A DNA stretch of 46,032 nt from positions 1 to 46,032 of the forward strand of contig JBMTIN010000001.1 of NCBI GenBank assembly GCA_049437345.1, in the 5' to 3' direction. The notes beneath the pieces were generated by a model, which saw only the letters and a list, made by a program, of their open reading frames with translations, was not told the origin of the DNA and did no database searches. The position numbers and the translations under genes are program-made. Every line of letters begins with the position of its first letter. The first letter of the stretch is position 1. This DNA is from Candidatus Marinamargulisbacteria bacterium. Its GTDB lineage: Bacteria > Margulisbacteria > Marinamargulisbacteria > UBA817. Positions 26,537 to 37,738 of this stretch are shown here, one piece after another.

Positions 26537-28045
26537 ATGAATATCAAGCCTGAAGAAATAACAGCGATATTAGAAAAAGAAATTGAAAATCTTGATTGGA
26601 AAGTAAACGTCAAAGAAGTCGGTTACGTCCTTCAAGTCGGGGATGGCATTGCCCGTGTATACGGACTTGAAAATGTAATGGCTGGTGAAATGGTCAAATT
26701 TTCAGAATCGGTTTCTGGCATGGTATTTAACCTGGAAGAAAATAATGTGGGGTGTGTTATTTTGGGTGATGCGGCATCCGTAAAAGAAGGCGATGTTGTT
26801 GAGCGGACTCAAAAGGTAATGAATATCCCTGTCGGGGATGCCATGTTGGGGCGTGTTGTAGATCCATTAGGGCAACCCATTGATGGGGCAGGGCCCATTC
26901 AAACCACCAATACTCGTCCAGTGGAGCGAATTGCTCCTGGAGTATGTGATCGTCAGCCAGTAACCGAGCCACTTCAAACAGGCATTAAGTCCATTGATAT
27001 GATGATTCCTGTTGGACGGGGTCAACGAGAACTTATTATTGGTGACCGAAAAACCGGAAAAACAGCCATTGCATTGGATACCATTATTAATCAAAAAGAT
27101 TCTGACGTTATTTGTATTTATGTCGCAATTGGGCAAAAAAAATCAACCGTGGCACAAGTGGTTCAAACGTTGAAGGATAACGATGCCATGTCAAATACCA
27201 TTGTTGTATCGGCGGCGGCCTCAGATTCCGCCACATTACAGTTTTTGGCCCCATATTCAGGATGTGCCATTGGTGAAGAGTTTTTAGATAACGGAAAACA
27301 TGTATTGGTGGTGTACGATGATTTATCAAAACATGCCGTGGCATACCGTCAATTATCATTATTATTGCGTCGACCACCCGGTCGTGAGGCGTATCCTGGG
27401 GATGTCTTTTATTTGCACTCTCGGTTACTTGAGCGGGCATTAAAATATTCCGACGATAAAGGCGGGGGGTCCCTAACCGCTTTACCTATTATTGAAACCC
27501 AGGCGGGGGATGTTTCGGCGTATATTCCGACCAATGTTATTTCAATTACCGATGGCCAAATTTATTTGCAATCGGATTTATTTAATTCGGGAATTCGCCC
27601 GGCGGTAAATCCAGGGATATCGGTGTCCCGTGTGGGTGGTAATGCTCAAATTAAAGCGACAAAGCAAGTGGCCGGATCTCTTCGGTTGGACTTATCTCAG
27701 TTTTATGAGATTGCAGCATTCGCACAATTTGGTTCGGACTTAGACAAAGCCACTCAAAAACAATTGGAGCGTGGAAAGCGATTAACGGAATTATTAAAAC
27801 AAAGTCAATATTCACCTTTGCGGATTTCCCAGCAGATTATTATTTTTTATGCTGCGATTAATGGGTATTTAGATAATGTTCCCGTCGATAAAGTGCGCGA
27901 TTTTGAGAAAGAATTATTTTCAATTGTTCAGATGGAGCATGCAGATGTATTAAGTGCCCTTGAAACGGAGAAGGTATTAAGTGATCCAATTAAGGCAAAA
28001 GTCGAGGCCGCTATTAAGGAGTGCGCTTCATTATTTGCATCATAA
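26537..28045 (+). CDS. atpA: F0F1 ATP synthase subunit alpha
   Basis: It has the Walker [16 protein letters not shown] and the conserved [27 protein letters not shown]. Confidence 0.97.
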   Translation: MNIKPEEITAILEKEIENLDWKVNVKEVGYVLQVGDGIARVYGLENVMAGEMVKFSESVSGMVFNLEENNVGCVILGDAASVKEGDVVERTQKVMNIPVGDAMLGRVVDPLGQPIDGAGPIQTTNTRPVERIAPGVCDRQPVTEPLQTGIKSIDMMIPVGRGQRELIIGDRKTGKTAIALDTIINQKDSDVICIYVAIGQKKSTVAQVVQTLKDNDAMSNTIVVSAAASDSATLQFLAPYSGCAIGEEFLDNGKHVLVVYDDLSKHAVAYRQLSLLLRRPPGREAYPGDVFYLHSRLLERALKYSDDKGGGSLTALPIIETQAGDVSAYIPTNVISITDGQIYLQSDLFNSGIRPAVNPGISVSRVGGNAQIKATKQVAGSLRLDLSQFYEIAAFAQFGSDLDKATQKQLERGKRLTELLKQSQYSPLRISQQIIIFYAAINGYLDNVPVDKVRDFEKELFSIVQMEHADVLSALETEKVLSDPIKAKVEAAIKECASLFAS

Positions 28046-28057
28046 GGCAATTAAACT

Positions 28058-28918
28058 ATGGCAACCAATATACGTGATATTAAAGATCGAATTACATCGG
28101 TCGAAAAAACAAACAAAATTACATTGGCCATGAAAATGGTATCCGCCGCTAAGTTTAAACGAAACTTAAAGGCCTTGGATCATGTGAAGGAATACGGTAC
28201 TGGACTAGATTCTATTTTAGCCTCGTTATCGAAACGGTTATTTGATGATAATTTGTCACCATTATTAGGGACAAATGATTCACCACAGGTTGCAATTGTT
28301 GTCATTTCATCGGATCGTGGATTATGTGGGGGATTCAATACCAATTTATTTAAAACGGTTAAAGCTGTTTTGGAGCGTCATTCACAGGTGGATTTATATA
28401 CACTAGGAAACAAAGCTTTGCAATTTTATAAGTCTAAAAATGTGAATATTGTTGATTCTCGACCTTCGTTCAATACAGGGAATGATGATATCGAAATGAG
28501 TACATTTGTAGACAGTTTAATCGATGGTTTTTTAAATGGTGTATACTCTAAGGTGGTGGTTGTTTATAATGAATTTGTATCGGCGCTGGCGTCAAATCAG
28601 CAGGTAAAGCAGTTATTGCCTATTTCGTTGCCGGATTGGAACCCTTCCGTAGTAACAACATCAGATTTCATTTACGAACCATCAAAAACATCGACATTGA
28701 ATGTGTTTTTTAAACAATTAATACGGTATCAATTTTCATTGGCGGTTCATGAAAGCCTGGCATCAGAAGAAGGTTTTCGTATGGCCGCCATGGATTCGGC
28801 ATCGAGCAATGCAAAGGAGATGATTGATGAATTGACGCTTTATTATAACCGCTCACGTCAAGCGGCGATTACAACAGAATTAACCGAGATTGTGGCCGGG
28901 GCCGCATCAATTTCTTAG
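28058..28918 (+). CDS. atpG: F0F1 ATP synthase subunit gamma
   Basis: N-terminal I..RI.SV..T.KIT.AMKMVSAAK and C-terminal LTLYYNRSRQAAITTELTEIVAGA. Confidence 0.92.
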   Translation: MATNIRDIKDRITSVEKTNKITLAMKMVSAAKFKRNLKALDHVKEYGTGLDSILASLSKRLFDDNLSPLLGTNDSPQVAIVVISSDRGLCGGFNTNLFKTVKAVLERHSQVDLYTLGNKALQFYKSKNVNIVDSRPSFNTGNDDIEMSTFVDSLIDGFLNGVYSKVVVVYNEFVSALASNQQVKQLLPISLPDWNPSVVTTSDFIYEPSKTSTLNVFFKQLIRYQFSLAVHESLASEEGFRMAAMDSASSNAKEMIDELTLYYNRSRQAAITTELTEIVAGAASIS

Positions 28919-30733
<1,815 letters not shown>

Positions 30734-30756
<23 letters not shown>

Positions 30757-31081
30757 AAATATTTTCAATATGACTGATCTGGTCGTTGGTAACAACGATC
30801 AGGTCAAATTGAACATAGTGTTCCCATAGTTGATATCGGTTCATCGCCAATTCTGTCACATGCCACATTCGTTTTTGCTTTGCTCGGTTAATTTTGTATC
30901 CGGGGTGAATGGGGTGGCATTTACCGGACTTTACTTCAATGCTGTGAACCCATGGGCCCTTTTTTGAAATAATATCCAATTCACCCAACCTTGTATAAAA
31001 GTTTCGTGCGATAATTTTATGCCCAATATTTATTAAATAATTAACCGCAATTTGTTCGCCAATAAATCCTGTTGATCTCAT
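30734..31081 (-). CDS. yraN: YraN family (UPF0102) endonuclease-like protein
   Basis: 115 aa, reading GEQIAVNYLINIGHKIIARNFYTRLGELDIISKK....HSIEVKSG, the family signature. Confidence 0.75.
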
Positions 31082-31113
31082 ATTTTTCCCCCTTAATAAT
31101 ATATTCGAAAATA

Positions 31114-31728
31114 CTAAATCAATGAGGCATTGTCAAATAAGCTTAACTGATGATTAAGATTAAATGACTTTCGATGAATAGGACTGGGGGACTGTTGAAA
31201 TAAGGTCACATAGTGTTGTTTTGTGCCATATCCTTTATGACGATGAAATTCATACTCCGGGTAGCGTGCATGGTAGCGTACCATGCATCGGTCACGCAGT
31301 ACTTTGGCACAGATCGATGCCGCCTTTACTTGATCAATGAGTTGATCCGCTTTAACCATGGTTTCAATGGATCCAGGTATATTGGGACGACGATTTCCAT
31401 CGATAATAATATGGTCGCAGTTAATAGGGCAGCGACGGGCACATTTTTGCATGGCCAATAGAGTGGCATTTAAAATGTTCATTTGATCAATACCACGATG
31501 CGTGACCATGCCCACCCCTAAATAAATATAAGGACGTATTTTGTTGTAAATATCGAACCGTTGATTTACTGATAATTGTTTGGAATCATTTAAGAGGGCT
31601 GTATTTTTAAATGTTGATTTAAAAGCCACACAACAGGCCACCACTGGGCCGGCCAATGCGCCACGCCCAGCTTCATCAATACCAGCAATAAGGGCGGATG
31701 ATTTATGCGCCGTCAAATCGTTGGGCAA
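31114..31728 (-). CDS. rnhB: Ribonuclease HII
   Basis: IAGIDEAGRGALAGPVV catalytic motif, DSKQLS, and HRKSF at the C-terminus. Confidence 0.9.
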   Translation of the reverse strand: MPNDLTAHKSSALIAGIDEAGRGALAGPVVACCVAFKSTFKNTALLNDSKQLSVNQRFDIYNKIRPYIYLGVGMVTHRGIDQMNILNATLLAMQKCARRCPINCDHIIIDGNRRPNIPGSIETMVKADQLIDQVKAASICAKVLRDRCMVRYHARYPEYEFHRHKGYGTKQHYVTLFQQSPSPIHRKSFNLNHQLSLFDNASLI

Positions 31729-32944
31729 TTAGTACCGCATTATGACCACCAAATCCAAACGAATTGGACATTGTGATGTTTGATGTGGCTTCAATGGCGG
31801 TGTTTGGCGTGTAATTTAAGTCACAGTCGGCGTCACCGGCGTGATGATTAATGGTCGGTGGAATATAGTTATGTGCCATGGCATCTAAACATGCCACCAT
31901 TTCAATGGCACCAGCGGCACCGAGCAAATGTCCGGTCATGGATTTTGTGGAGCTAATATGAAGATTGTAGGCATGCTCACCAAAGACTTCCTTCATTGCA
32001 ATACTTTCATATTTATCGTTTAATTTGGTGGATGTGCCATGCGCATTAATATAATCAATATCCGTGGGGTTTAACTGGGCATCGTTCAAGGCCATTTTCA
32101 TGGCCCGCTGAGCACCTTCCCCATTTTCAGCCGGTGCTGTAATGTGGTAAGCGTCTCCTGATGCGCCATAGCCCGTAATTTCACCATAAATGGTGGCACC
32201 ACGTGCTTTAGCATGTGTTAGTGATTCAAGAATAAGAACGCCCGCCCCTTCCCCCATAACGAAGCCATCACGATTGGCATCAAACGGTCGACAGGCCGTT
32301 TCCGGGTCGGGATTTGATGTTAGGGCACGTGCGGCACAAAAGCTGGATAATCCGACGGGGGTAATGCAGGCCTCCGCACCGCCAGTAATCATGGCCGTGG
32401 CATCACCACGTTGGATCAATTTATAAGCATTTCCGATGGCGTGGGTCGATGAGGCACACGCGGTGACTGTCGCCGAATTCGGGCCTTTTGCCCCCGTTTT
32501 AATGGAGACCAGACCCGATGCCATATCAATGATCATCATTGGCACCGTAAACGGACTGACTTTTGATGGCCCCTTTTCAATCAGAGTTCGGGTTGTTTCT
32601 TCCAATACTTCAATCCCCCCAATGCCCGATCCAATTTCAACACCAATGGTATCTGCCGTTGTGTCGTCAATCACCAATCCAGAATGCGATACGGCTTCAA
32701 TGGCAGCCTTTAATGCCAAGATAATAAATCGACTGGTACGACGAATTTCCTTGGACGAAAGAACCGATGAGAAATCAGCATCCGTGATTTCGCCGGCAAT
32801 GCTTGCTGAAAAATCAGTGGTATCAAAAGACGAAATTTTACGAATGCCACATCGGCCAGTCTTTAGTCCTTCAGAGTACTCTGCTAACGAATGTCCCAGG
32901 GGATTAATGGTTCCGTAGCCGGTAACAACAACACGTTCTAACAT
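31703..32944 (-). CDS. fabF: Beta-ketoacyl-ACP synthase II
   Basis: It has the active-site Cys (TACASS), HGTST and GHLLGAAG motifs, and FGFGGHNAVL at the C-terminus. Confidence 0.95.
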   Translation of the reverse strand: MLERVVVTGYGTINPLGHSLAEYSEGLKTGRCGIRKISSFDTTDFSASIAGEITDADFSSVLSSKEIRRTSRFIILALKAAIEAVSHSGLVIDDTTADTIGVEIGSGIGGIEVLEETTRTLIEKGPSKVSPFTVPMMIIDMASGLVSIKTGAKGPNSATVTACASSTHAIGNAYKLIQRGDATAMITGGAEACITPVGLSSFCAARALTSNPDPETACRPFDANRDGFVMGEGAGVLILESLTHAKARGATIYGEITGYGASGDAYHITAPAENGEGAQRAMKMALNDAQLNPTDIDYINAHGTSTKLNDKYESIAMKEVFGEHAYNLHISSTKSMTGHLLGAAGAIEMVACLDAMAHNYIPPTINHHAGDADCDLNYTPNTAIEATSNITMSNSFGFGGHNAVLIAQRFDGA

Positions 32945-32955
32945 GATATTTAAAG

Positions 32956-33204
32956 TTAGTTTAAACTGTTCAATACATAGTCAACCGTTTTACCTACGGT
33001 AGTTAGTTTTTCAGCTTCTTCATCGGCAATTTCCGTTGAAAACTCTTCTTCTAGAGCCATAACTAATTCAACGGTATCCAACGAATCGGCCCCCAAATCT
33101 TCGCTATAGGCGGCTTCTTCGGTTACTTCGTCTTCACTGACACCTAATTGTTCAACAATCACGGCTTTTACTTTCTTATAAACATCTTCTTTTGTAATTG
33201 ACAT
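32956..33204 (-). CDS. acpP: Acyl carrier protein
   Basis: 82 aa with the phosphopantetheine site [19 protein letters not shown]. Confidence 0.95.
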   Translation of the reverse strand: MSITKEDVYKKVKAVIVEQLGVSEDEVTEEAAYSEDLGADSLDTVELVMALEEEFSTEIADEEAEKLTTVGKTVDYVLNSLN

Positions 33205-33222
33205 AATTTCCTCCTAATAAAT

Positions 33223-33966
33223 TTACATATATAATCCGCCATCGATTCCCAAGACCTGACCTGTAATATAACCTGCATGGTCAGATGCAAGAAATTTACA
33301 CGCTTGTGAAATATCGTCTGGCATTCCAAGTCGAGACATTGGAACATTCTCCATTATATTATCTAAATAATCGTTTGGCAAAGCTTCTGTCATATCCGTT
33401 TGAATAAACCCAGGTGCAATGGCGTTAACAGTAATATTTTTTTTGCCATATTCTTTGGCTATTGATTTTGTAAATGCAATCATCCCCGCTTTAGATGCGG
33501 CATAATTTGACTGTCCTGGATTTCCCATACGTCCCACAACGGATGCAACATTAATAATTCGGCCATACTTTTTTTTGAGCATCCATTTTATGGTAGATTT
33601 AGTGGTGTTAAAAATAGAATTTAAATTGGTTTGAATGACATCATTCCATTCAGATTCACTCATTCGTAATAATAAATTATCGCGTGTAATTCCGGCATTA
33701 TTAATGAGTACATCAATTTTTCCGAATTCTTTGGCAACGTTTTGAATAAATGACGATGTTGCATCGAATGACGAAATATCCACGCCATAGCCTACGGCAT
33801 TGACGTCATGGGTATCACGGATGGTTTTGGCGGTCTCTTTGGCGGTGTCGCTATTGGTGGAACATAGCGCAATTGTTGCCCCATCACGAGCAAAGTCATT
33901 AGCAATGCTTAACCCAATTCCTCGACTGGCACCGGTAATAATAACCACTTTATCTTTAAACGACAT
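33223..33966 (-). CDS. fabG: 3-oxoacyl-ACP reductase
   Basis: An SDR with ITGASRGIG, NNAG and YAASKAG (YxxxK). It lies in the fab cluster. Confidence 0.92.
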   Translation of the reverse strand: MSFKDKVVIITGASRGIGLSIANDFARDGATIALCSTNSDTAKETAKTIRDTHDVNAVGYGVDISSFDATSSFIQNVAKEFGKIDVLINNAGITRDNLLLRMSESEWNDVIQTNLNSIFNTTKSTIKWMLKKKYGRIINVASVVGRMGNPGQSNYAASKAGMIAFTKSIAKEYGKKNITVNAIAPGFIQTDMTEALPNDYLDNIMENVPMSRLGMPDDISQACKFLASDHAGYITGQVLGIDGGLYM

Positions 33967-34888
33967 ATTTATCCTCCGTATTTATAATCGCATGGGTTGC
34001 GGCCACAGTTGATGTGGGAGAAACCTTGTATGCACGATTTATTTTTTTGATTAATCCAGATAACACTTTACCCGGCCCGACTTCAATGAAGGCGGGACAG
34101 TTATTAGCGAGGTGTTCGATACTTTCAATCCAACGGACGGGGGCTTGAATTTGAAGTGATAAATTTTCTTGAAGGATTGTACCGGATGTTTCAGGGGTGG
34201 CTAATCGATTCAGGACAATCGGATAATTCGAATTATTAAACGTGAACTGGGTCAAATATTCCTTGAATGGTGCAACCGCCGATGCCATGAGTGGTGAATG
34301 AAATGCTCCCGATACAGGCAGTGGGACCACCCGCTTGGCACCCAATGCGGTCGCTGCGGTATTGGCCTGTTCAACGGCCGGAGCTGTTCCTGAAATAACA
34401 AATTGAACAGGGGAATTATAATTGGCAATCCCAACACCATCAATGGGGTCGATCAGGTTCTCTATTACGGGTTGTGACAACCCAATAATGGCGGACATGG
34501 CTCCTTTGGGTTGGTTGGCAGCCAAGGCCATTAACTGACCACGTTTAATAACAATATTAATCGCCGACTCAAAGTCCAAGACCCCGGCGGCATAATAAGC
34601 CGTAATTTCACCTAAGCTATGCCCGGCAAGTTGGTGGATGCTGGGTTGTTTTTTTTGAAGTTGGTCGAAAATACACGCACTTAACACAAAGATGGCGACT
34701 TGGGTGTATTCTGTTTGGTTTAGTGTGGCTTCGGGACCATTAAACGCAATATCTGAAATAGATGTTCCTAAAATGTCTGAGGCCCGGTCAAAGTAGTTTC
34801 GGGATTCAGAAAATTGGTCATAAAAGTCGTGTCCCATGCCAATAAACTGGGCGCCTTGCCCTGAAAATACAAGATTATATTGATTCAT
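33956..34888 (-). CDS. fabD: Malonyl CoA-ACP transacylase
   Basis: The start is set at MNQYNLVFSGQGAQFIGMG (34888). The active site GHSLGE is present. The ORF-track N-terminal extension to 35047 overlaps fabH and was discarded. Confidence 0.9.
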   Translation of the reverse strand: MNQYNLVFSGQGAQFIGMGHDFYDQFSESRNYFDRASDILGTSISDIAFNGPEATLNQTEYTQVAIFVLSACIFDQLQKKQPSIHQLAGHSLGEITAYYAAGVLDFESAINIVIKRGQLMALAANQPKGAMSAIIGLSQPVIENLIDPIDGVGIANYNSPVQFVISGTAPAVEQANTAATALGAKRVVPLPVSGAFHSPLMASAVAPFKEYLTQFTFNNSNYPIVLNRLATPETSGTILQENLSLQIQAPVRWIESIEHLANNCPAFIEVGPGKVLSGLIKKINRAYKVSPTSTVAATHAIINTEDKYVV

Positions 34889-35897
34889 TTGATTTGCAAC
34901 TCCATTCGATAATAATTGATCCCCACGTAAACCCCGCTCCAAAACCAACCAGGCAAAGGGTGTCTCCCGGTTTAAATTGAGATTGATTGTCGTAATCCGA
35001 TAGCACCAATGGAATGGATGCCGCGGAGGTATTCCCAACATGATCAATATTCATTAAAAACCGTGTGTTCGGAATACCCAGTTTTTTAGCGACACGATCC
35101 AGAATCCGTGCATTGGCTTGATGACAGACAAAATAGTCAATTTGATCGGCCGTTTTTTGCGCCTTCTCCAATGCCCTAAAAATAGATTCAAATACCACTT
35201 GAACGCCTTTTTTAAACACGGCTGGTCCATCCATTGTAATAATGGACGGGTCCCCTTGGCGTGGCAATTGATCAAACCCCTCGACATTTGATGTCGGCAC
35301 ACATTGTAAAATATCTGCCGAATCCCCATCGGCGCCTTGATCAATGCTTTGAATACCACCGGTATGAACCGGTCCCACAACCGCCGCTCCGGCACCGTCA
35401 CCAAACAAAATGGCCGTACGACGATCATTCCAATTGACCAAGCGACTGAGTGTTTCTGCGCCTATGATAAGCCCTTGGGTAGATATACCACTAGAAATAT
35501 ACCCATAGGCAATTCCTAATGCATAGGTAAACCCACTACAAGCGGCGGTAATATCAAAACAAGGAATGGGGCGTTGTAATCCCAATTTTTTTTGAACCAA
35601 GCATGCAGTGGATGGAAATCCGGTGTGATCGGGGGTGGCTGTGGCGACAATAATAAAATGGATATCATTCAATGAGGTTGAATGTTTGGCCAGAGCGTGA
35701 CGGGCGGCTTTAGTGGCTAAATCACTGGTGGTTTCATTTGGTGCGGCAATATGACGAGATAAAATACCGGTTCGGGATTCAATCCATTCGGTGCTGGTGT
35801 CCATGCCTCGATCTAAAAAATGGCTATTCTCCACTTTGTTTTTGGGCAAATAATGCCCCACGCTTTGGATGCCAATCCGGCTATTTTGACGGTGCAT
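34875..35897 (-). CDS. fabH: Beta-ketoacyl-ACP synthase III
   Basis: Its catalytic triad contexts are AACSGFTYAL, CHQAN and GNTSAASIP. Confidence 0.93.
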   Translation of the reverse strand: MHRQNSRIGIQSVGHYLPKNKVENSHFLDRGMDTSTEWIESRTGILSRHIAAPNETTSDLATKAARHALAKHSTSLNDIHFIIVATATPDHTGFPSTACLVQKKLGLQRPIPCFDITAACSGFTYALGIAYGYISSGISTQGLIIGAETLSRLVNWNDRRTAILFGDGAGAAVVGPVHTGGIQSIDQGADGDSADILQCVPTSNVEGFDQLPRQGDPSIITMDGPAVFKKGVQVVFESIFRALEKAQKTADQIDYFVCHQANARILDRVAKKLGIPNTRFLMNIDHVGNTSAASIPLVLSDYDNQSQFKPGDTLCLVGFGAGFTWGSIIIEWSCKSNESI

Positions 35898-36879
35898 TTT
35901 TTTGAACGGCCGCCGAAATTTTATCGATCATATTGGTATTAACACATTCAATCGCTGTTCGGATGGCACTGACAATCGCTTTTTCTTTTGATTTACCATG
36001 AGCCACCAACGATACCCCATTGATTCCTAACAGTGGGGCTCCACCATATTCTTCGTAATCAATTCGTTTTTTAATTTGTTTAAACACGGGTTTTAATAGC
36101 ATGCCACCAAGACGTTGATACCATGTGCCATTTAGAATACCTTGCTTGATTTCTCCAAGAAGAAATTCGACCAATCCTTCTCCGAATTTCAATAAAGCGT
36201 TTCCTACAAATCCATCACAAACAATAACATCGGCTTTGTGAAATAGAATGTCTTTGCCTTCGATATTTCCAATAAAGTTGATCGTGTTCGTTTCTTTGAG
36301 CAATCCATGCGTTTCTTGAACCAACTGGTTTCCTTTTTCATCTTCTTCGCCAATGTTAATAAGTCCAATGCGGGGGTTTTGAACATGCAGTACCTGGGAC
36401 GAAAAAAAGTGACCCATCATGGCGTATTGCACCAAGTGATTGGGCTTGCTATCGACATTGGATCCCATATCAAGCATTAGTGCATGCCCTTTTTTTGTGG
36501 GAATAACAGATGCGAGTGCCGGGCGATCAACGCCCGGAATTCGACCGAGTATAAATAAAGAACAAGACATGACCGCCCCCGTATTGCCGGCCGATAAAAA
36601 TGCCGAGGCTTGTCCGTTTTTTACCAAGTTTAACCCCACATGAATGGAAGAGTCTTTCTTTTTCCGATAGGCCTGCAGGGGCGATTCATCCATCGCAATA
36701 GATTCGCTCGCATGGATAATATCAATGTTAGGGTGAGGTGTTAAATGTGTAGAAATGGTATTTTTATCACCCACTAGGATAATTTTAACCCCCAGTTGAT
36801 TTGCGGCAACCTGGGCACCCGATATAATCTGCCCAGGGGCATGGTCTCCCCCCATGGCATCAATCGCAATTGGAATCAA
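35881..36879 (-). CDS. plsX: Phosphate acyltransferase PlsX
   Basis: IAIDAMGGDHAP at the N-terminus, and a conserved position between rpmF and fabH. Confidence 0.92.
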   Translation of the reverse strand: MIPIAIDAMGGDHAPGQIISGAQVAANQLGVKIILVGDKNTISTHLTPHPNIDIIHASESIAMDESPLQAYRKKKDSSIHVGLNLVKNGQASAFLSAGNTGAVMSCSLFILGRIPGVDRPALASVIPTKKGHALMLDMGSNVDSKPNHLVQYAMMGHFFSSQVLHVQNPRIGLINIGEEDEKGNQLVQETHGLLKETNTINFIGNIEGKDILFHKADVIVCDGFVGNALLKFGEGLVEFLLGEIKQGILNGTWYQRLGGMLLKPVFKQIKKRIDYEEYGGAPLLGINGVSLVAHGKSKEKAIVSAIRTAIECVNTNMIDKISAAVQKNAPSK

Positions 36880-36884
36880 AGGGA

Positions 36885-37085
36885 CTATCCTTCTTTATTG
36901 CTTTTTTTTTGTTTAATTTGCATTACAGGGGCCCCTTTGTAGTAACCACAAACAATGCAAGCACGGTGGGCAACGGCAAGTGCCCCGCAATTAGTACATG
37001 TAACCATGGTGGGTACAGATATTTTCCATAGCGAACGATGGGTGCGTTTTCGTGATTTTGAACGTCTTTTTTTCGGTACTGCCAT
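36885..37085 (-). CDS. rpmF: 50S ribosomal protein L32
   Basis: MAVPKKRRSKSRKRTHRS with a CxxC...CxxC zinc ribbon (CTNCG...CIVCG). Confidence 0.93.
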   Translation of the reverse strand: MAVPKKRRSKSRKRTHRSLWKISVPTMVTCTNCGALAVAHRACIVCGYYKGAPVMQIKQKKSNKEG

Positions 37086-37237
37086 TCGAACAGACTCCTT
37101 CTAACTTTACTTATTTTTATGTCAGTATATGAACTCAATTTAAAGTTGTCAATCGAGTCAAAATAGAAATGATCACAGTATTTTTTTCATTCATGGTTAT
37201 TGGTTGTGAAATTATGTCGAATCCGATACAATTTTAA

Positions 37238-37738
37238 ATGGTGCTTAACACCATATTTATGTCCATATTTATTTCAAATGTTACTGTTTCACAAAAAAAT
37301 CCAATTATTCCGTATACGTCCCAGTATCAGGTGACTCACGGTGATTTAATTAAGTTTGGTATTGATATGACAAAAAAAGTACCTCCCGTTTCTTTATCTG
37401 ATTCAACCAAAAAAATTACTGTTGATCCGTCACCCACGTTAGATATTTTGCCTGAAATTACAGTGGAATCTTCTCATTTTGTGGTTATTGATCGTAGAGT
37501 TAATATAAGGGGGGAGGCCTCACGTTGTCGTATATCGGTGGATCGTGTGTCCGGTTATATGATTACTTCGAATTCGGTATTTTCAGATGTTTATCGGTTT
37601 GATCCCCAAACCTTTCCTAATGAATGTATCATTCCATTTGACAGTGTTGGGTATTGGACAAAGCACAATCAATATATGGATGCGTATTCGGTGGTTATTG
37701 GCGAACAATCAGGTGTTGTTGATAGTGTCGCTGAATAA
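37238..37738 (+). CDS. Hypothetical protein with hydrophobic N-terminus
   Basis: 166-aa ORF with no recognisable motif. Its 3' end overlaps the convergent 804-aa gene by 44 nt. Confidence 0.4.
   Translation: MVLNTIFMSIFISNVTVSQKNPIIPYTSQYQVTHGDLIKFGIDMTKKVPPVSLSDSTKKITVDPSPTLDILPEITVESSHFVVIDRRVNIRGEASRCRISVDRVSGYMITSNSVFSDVYRFDPQTFPNECIIPFDSVGYWTKHNQYMDAYSVVIGEQSGVVDSVAE

Noticed and set aside
26757-27440. Three antisense ORFs of 71-110 aa inside atpA
   Set aside because: They are nested opposite a highly conserved gene and have no motifs.
32436-32918. 160-aa ORF antisense to fabF (also 32190-32426)
   Set aside because: It lies entirely within and opposite a strongly conserved gene. Its Ala/Pro/Ser/Val-rich composition is typical of an antisense frame.
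34889-35047. N-terminal extension of the fabD ORF (363-aa version)
   Set aside because: The extension overlaps the 3' end of fabH in another frame and has no FabD similarity. FabD homology begins at MNQYNLVFSGQGAQ.
35054-35428. 124-aa ORF in an alternative frame of fabH
   Set aside because: It is fully nested in fabH, whose frame carries the catalytic motifs.
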